Of a stretch of DNA of 64,000 bases, positions 60,143-64,000 are shown in pieces. Source of the stretch: a virus; IMG/VR virus record IMGVR_UViG_3300025121_000886, positions 29,151 through 93,150 of that record. One strand, 5' to 3'. The notes under the pieces were generated by a model that saw nothing but the letters and a program-made list of their open reading frames with translations, did not search any database and was not told the DNA's origin. Each line of letters opens with the position of its first letter. The first letter of the stretch is position 1. Made by a program: the position numbers and the translations under genes.

Positions 60143-60575
60143 AATTTTTTGGCCTTTTTAATATTAAAAATTTTTTATCATCTTCGTGCTCTTTTTGAAT
60201 CGACAAACCGATCTTCTTATAAATATACCGAGCAATATTATTACTCTTCCTAACATACACAAAATCTATTCTATCAACAGAATCTAATAAGACAAAGGAC
60301 AATCCCTTTCTTCTATGTTTAGGATCTATCCATAAAACGATTAACTCTCTATCAGATATATCATAAGAAATTATACCAGCTAACTCGTTCTCAACACCTT
60401 TCTTGACTATTTTCTTGGTTATAATACCCTCAAGAAAACCAGAGATTAAGATTTTATGTCTTTCTTGTTCTTTTCTCCGCTGAAGAAATTTGCATGAGGG
60501 AAACCGATCTAAATCCTCTCTTATAAAAAAACTGATCTGATAATCTTCCAACATTAAACTATTATTATTCAACAC
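60135..60575 (-). CDS. GNAT-family N-acetyltransferase
   Basis: LWIDPKHRRKGLS (motif A), V..SN..A..IYKKIG (motif B). Confidence 0.75.
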   Translation of the reverse strand: MLNNNSLMLEDYQISFFIREDLDRFPSCKFLQRRKEQERHKILISGFLEGIITKKIVKKGVENELAGIISYDISDRELIVLWIDPKHRRKGLSFVLLDSVDRIDFVYVRKSNNIARYIYKKIGLSIQKEHEDDKKFLILKRPKNYG

Positions 60576-60602
60576 GTATCCTTCTAAATTTTAGCGCGAA
60601 AC

Positions 60603-60824
60603 TCAAAATGTAATATGAGAAACACCTGCCACTAGAGTGGGATTGCATTCATATTCACTCTTAAAATCTTGCTCTGTCTGTTTTCCTAAAGTTACGTATA
60701 CTTTAGGCCCTTGAAGAAAATAAGAAGCTTCCGGGAAAAATTCTCTAATTTTAATAAGATGATCAACCAGAGCAGAGGTAATGTCTTTAAATGCACCTTT
60801 TAATTCTGGAGACGCCTTATCCAA
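60603..60824 (-). CDS. Hypothetical protein (possibly 5'-disrupted), paralog of 54902-55207
   Basis: TTG start preceded in frame by ATG TTT AAG TAG. Confidence 0.45.
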   Translation of the reverse strand: MDKASPELKGAFKDITSALVDHLIKIREFFPEASYFLQGPKVYVTLGKQTEQDFKSEYECNPTLVAGVSHITF

Positions 60825-61003
60825 CTACTTAAACATGCTTTCATAGTTTTATAGCATTTCACTTCTGAAATATTATCTTTATCCCCTTCTTTAATCCACA
60901 CCTCCATCTCCCTTAAGTCAAAGGGTAAATTATATTCTAAGGTATATCGAGCTATTTTAACATCCCCATTTTTTGTGATAACTTTTCCTATACATTCGAT
61001 CAT
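60800..61003 (-). CDS. Hypothetical protein
   Basis: GAGGTGG RBS. Confidence 0.55.
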   Translation of the reverse strand: MIECIGKVITKNGDVKIARYTLEYNLPFDLREMEVWIKEGDKDNISEVKCYKTMKACLSSWIRRLQN

Positions 61004-61011
61004 TTACCACC

Positions 61012-61425
61012 TCATTTTATTTTCAGTAGAAGACTTCCACTCAAACTCTTTAGGGTCTCAAAAAGATTAATTTCCATCGCTTTTACAGCAGCATCCTCGT
61101 ATAAAATATTCCCTTTAGAAGCTTCATATAAGAGAGTATTTATAATCTGAAGTTCTCTCTTATTTAATTCAACTTCTATAATCTCTTTTACAGACCAATC
61201 CTTACTCATTGCCTCTCTTATTTCTAGAGAAGAGATTATCCTAGAAAAATTTGTATCAACACCTTTTAGAATTTTTTGTTTATCCTCAGCTAAACAAAAT
61301 TTACAGGAATTACATATATTCACCTCTTTATAATAAGTTAAAACTCTCTTTATAAAAGCTGAAAACCAAGTAATTTCTGATTTTGTCATTAAAAAAGTTA
61401 TCTTATAATCGTCTTTGATCTTCAT
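61012..61425 (-). CDS. Hypothetical protein
   Basis: GGAGG RBS. Confidence 0.6.
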   Translation of the reverse strand: MKIKDDYKITFLMTKSEITWFSAFIKRVLTYYKEVNICNSCKFCLAEDKQKILKGVDTNFSRIISSLEIREAMSKDWSVKEIIEVELNKRELQIINTLLYEASKGNILYEDAAVKAMEINLFETLKSLSGSLLLKIK

Positions 61426-61486
61426 CTATCCTCCCTATTTAATCAAATACCTAACTATATTTTTCACGCGTAACACTTCTCATCTT

Positions 61487-62530
61487 TTAATATTCATCAT
61501 GCATTGATGGTGTGCTATCAAAAAACTCTAAAGGTTCTTTTAAAGCTGCTAATAAACCTTCAAATTGAAAATTCAAATCATTTTCTTCAATAGGCTCATC
61601 AAAATACTTTTTGAAAACCTGTGAAAAAAAATAGGTTGGAACTTGTTTAAATTCAACCTCATTTTTACCCCGATGTTCAATGACAAAAAACGGGTGTGGT
61701 TTCATCTGTCTAATTCTTACATTCTCTACTTTTACAGAATTATACTTATTAGGAAGATCAAAGGAACATACTCTTGGAAAAACAAGAGCATCTGAGCCAA
61801 GCCTACCCAATAAATATTTAGCAGTTTCGGGGGCATTTACTCGAATGCTATCATATAACTCTTCTAGAAAAAACCGCTGTAATCTTTGAATTCTCTTTGG
61901 GTTCAAATTCCCAAAAATGACCTGCCTCAGATATTTAGAGTCTTTAAGATATTGACTTCCCCCAGCCACTTTATTCACCAATTCAGAATATGTAGACACT
62001 CCCCCAATTGCTTCAGGAATATAAGTTTTTAATACATTAAAATTGGCATTAGAGATATCTAAGATTGTGAATTCATTAAAACCTTTGACTTCATATTCCT
62101 CATCTTTGCCCGTGACCTTATATATATCTACTTCCTTTAACATATATGGTGAAGTTTCTCTCAAGGATTTCATTGGATACACATCATTCATATCGATCAA
62201 ACAAAATTTCTTATAAGCAGCTTGTTCTTTAATAAAATCCACAACCTTAAAAACAAGTTGTTGACCATAGGCAAATATATCTTGGCTTACACTTCTCTGA
62301 TCTTCGACAGTTTTTAGAGCATTTTCAAACTTATCTATAATATTTACACCCCTTCTTAAATATTCGAAGAGAGACAATTCAAAATAAGGTGATACAAACA
62401 ATTGAATTGGTATATCAAAATCATGACAAATACGCTTTCTTTCCCTCAATGTAAGAGAATTTATTGAAGAACACATCTCAACCATATCTAAAAGTTCGAA
62501 AGTAGTCAATTTTTGTCTGTTGAATCTCAT
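61487..62530 (-). CDS. Hypothetical protein, possible divergent polymerase-palm/nucleotidyltransferase-like domain
   Basis: ILDISNANF...SKYLRQVIFG...GSDALVF. Confidence 0.5.
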   Translation of the reverse strand: MRFNRQKLTTFELLDMVEMCSSINSLTLRERKRICHDFDIPIQLFVSPYFELSLFEYLRRGVNIIDKFENALKTVEDQRSVSQDIFAYGQQLVFKVVDFIKEQAAYKKFCLIDMNDVYPMKSLRETSPYMLKEVDIYKVTGKDEEYEVKGFNEFTILDISNANFNVLKTYIPEAIGGVSTYSELVNKVAGGSQYLKDSKYLRQVIFGNLNPKRIQRLQRFFLEELYDSIRVNAPETAKYLLGRLGSDALVFPRVCSFDLPNKYNSVKVENVRIRQMKPHPFFVIEHRGKNEVEFKQVPTYFFSQVFKKYFDEPIEENDLNFQFEGLLAALKEPLEFFDSTPSMHDEY

Positions 62531-62533
62531 GTA

Positions 62534-62734
62534 TCACTCTCCATTAAAACCGATTTTTTTGGATATTTCTCTTGTCATCCCACCCAACTTTTTAAATTTG
62601 TCTTCTATGAGATTTAATATTTCAAGCTCAAAACTATTTTTAGGTGACTTCAAAAATCTATGCCAACGACAAATCATTTCGTGATCGGCTTCTAAGACAC
62701 GCTCTTTATCTGGATATTTCATAAAATACCTCAT
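62534..62734 (-). CDS. Hypothetical protein
   Basis: ICRWHRFLKSP...GGMT..ISKKIGF. Confidence 0.6.
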   Translation of the reverse strand: MRYFMKYPDKERVLEADHEMICRWHRFLKSPKNSFELEILNLIEDKFKKLGGMTREISKKIGFNGE

Positions 62735-62949
62735 ATCTTGTAATAAAAATTTCTAATTATTTTTAGATAATCTTCATTAAATTTTTTTGTATCTATTGAA
62801 TTTAATGAAAAACTTTTTTTATATTGAGCAACAAACTGTTTCATTTCCGATTTAAACCGAGAATCCACCAAGTCCATGATACCGGTTCCATCCCCAAATA
62901 TTAACCGTTCAACTCGTTTTATCTTTTTGTCAATTTCTTTTTTATTCAA
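62731..62949 (-). CDS. Hypothetical protein
   Basis: ORF coupled to neighbours. Confidence 0.55.
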   Translation of the reverse strand: MNKKEIDKKIKRVERLIFGDGTGIMDLVDSRFKSEMKQFVAQYKKSFSLNSIDTKKFNEDYLKIIRNFYYKI

Positions 62950-63275
62950 AAAGTGTCCTCCTTATATTTTTTGTGGTATAACCCTAGACATTTCCCACCT
63001 TTACAGTCGCAGGAGACCTCAATACATCTAGGAAGATTATAATCATATTGCTTTTTAGCAGATAAGTTCGGACATCTTAAAAGTTCTTTAATATTCTCAA
63101 ATAAACCTATTTCAAAATAAGGATCAGATCGACTTCTTATTACGGATGTATATGTTCCAGCACTTTTTAGGTGTCTTCCTGCATGGGTCAAATAAATATA
63201 AGCATCATCTGGAATCAGAATAAAAAACTCTTTTCTGAGACGATCAAAAAATCTTTCTGATAATTTCTTTTTCAT
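62946..63275 (-). CDS. Hypothetical protein
   Basis: ORF coupled to neighbours. Confidence 0.55.
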   Translation of the reverse strand: MKKKLSERFFDRLRKEFFILIPDDAYIYLTHAGRHLKSAGTYTSVIRSRSDPYFEIGLFENIKELLRCPNLSAKKQYDYNLPRCIEVSCDCKGGKCLGLYHKKYKEDTF

Positions 63276-63640
63276 CTTTTAATATCTTGATCCTGTTTTG
63301 AAATAGACGCTACCAGATAGCCTAATAGCTTAACAAGACGATCAAACCACACTTCAGACATTTCTACGCCAAGAGGAAGATAATCTTCAAATTCATCGGG
63401 CGATATCACAATAAAAGAATGTACCCCCTCTTTTTCTGTATAGATATCCAAAATTATTTTTGCAGTAGATGAGCCATTCTCTATAGGTTCTAGAGAAAAA
63501 TTGATCTTCTTAGCCTCTAATAATAACTTTTCTAGAGTATCAGCCTTATCTTTTAAAAAATGTTCTCTGATACCGAATTCCTCTAAAGTGTCCATTATTT
63601 GACCTACCAAAAAACTGTCCACAAAAATATCTCCTTTCAA
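63272..63640 (-). CDS. Hypothetical protein
   Basis: ORF; alternative GTG start at 63622 after AAGGAG. Confidence 0.55.
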   Translation of the reverse strand: MKGDIFVDSFLVGQIMDTLEEFGIREHFLKDKADTLEKLLLEAKKINFSLEPIENGSSTAKIILDIYTEKEGVHSFIVISPDEFEDYLPLGVEMSEVWFDRLVKLLGYLVASISKQDQDIKR

Positions 63641-63643
63641 ATT

Positions 63644-63991
63644 TTAATGCCGTGACATACCTCGGGGCAAGCCCCAAGGCTTATAACGATTTAATTCTTC
63701 AATTATAATATCATACATTTCATTAAATGATTTCAGTTCATACACCGTATGAGTAGCTTTATTATATAATTCCAAGGTTTTTTCAATATTTCTATACAAC
63801 AAAGAATTTATATAAATTTCCTTTTTATCCGCTGCCTCAAAAAATTTTTTGAGCTTGGCATATTTTTCTACAAAATTCATAGGTATTCTCCCCAAAAATA
63901 AAGTGTGTGCTCTTTTCTCATTAACTGTCGAAAAACCAAAAGACAATAACATATCTTCATCGTGTATTCTACGAGAAATATAAAAGGCCAT
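63644..63991 (-). CDS. Hypothetical protein whose C-terminus (KPWGLPRGMSRH) is supplied by an IS right-end insertion
   Basis: Last codons read through the 31-bp hairpin. Confidence 0.6.
   Translation of the reverse strand: MAFYISRRIHDEDMLLSFGFSTVNEKRAHTLFLGRIPMNFVEKYAKLKKFFEAADKKEIYINSLLYRNIEKTLELYNKATHTVYELKSFNEMYDIIIEELNRYKPWGLPRGMSRH
63652..63682 (-). mobile_element. Solo 31-bp IS200/IS605 right end
   Basis: AAGCCTTGGGGCTTGCCCCGAGGTATGTCAC, 30/31 identical to 22608-22638; preceded by TTAT. Confidence 0.85.
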
Positions 63992-64000
63992 AAAGATATC

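Noticed and set aside
22607-63682. GGGGCTTGCCCC palindromes as CRISPR repeats or intrinsic terminators
   Set aside because: Three dispersed copies with no spacer array; all end in TCAC and two adjoin tnpB sequence, so they are IS200/IS605 right ends.

Overview
AT-rich, densely coding segment of a large (jumbo-type) tailed dsDNA phage genome; the host cannot be determined from this window. About 1-36 kb is a + strand virion module: terminase large subunit, portal, prohead protease, probable scaffold, major capsid protein, neck/tail proteins, an amidase, beta-helix spikes and a GT2 glycosyltransferase. A tRNA(CAT) and a tnpA-less IS200/IS605-type tnpB element lie within this module. About 36-64 kb is an accessory region, mostly - strand after 47.5 kb. 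It holds two tandem SAM-methyltransferase/DUF2156 (aa-tRNA transferase-like) fusions, a LexA DNA-binding-domain-only protein, a type IIG/ISP-like RM enzyme, an ADP-ribosyltransferase-like protein, a DNA methylase, a macrodomain, degenerate agmatinase and MazG-like proteins, vWA, nucleoside hydrolase, GNAT and many small ORFs. Three unexplained patterns stand out. (1) About 12 otherwise unrelated proteins share one ~22-aa helix-Gly-helix tag, often near x-x-A sites, suggesting a modular capsid-loading/injection signal. (2) The MTase-DUF2156 pair lies next to a Lys-rich peptide. (3) Two left-end-less IS605 right-end scars sit exactly 3' of TTAT; removing them rejoins one split gene in frame and gives the other a plausible native C-terminus. 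All calls come from motif reading; no database searches were run.
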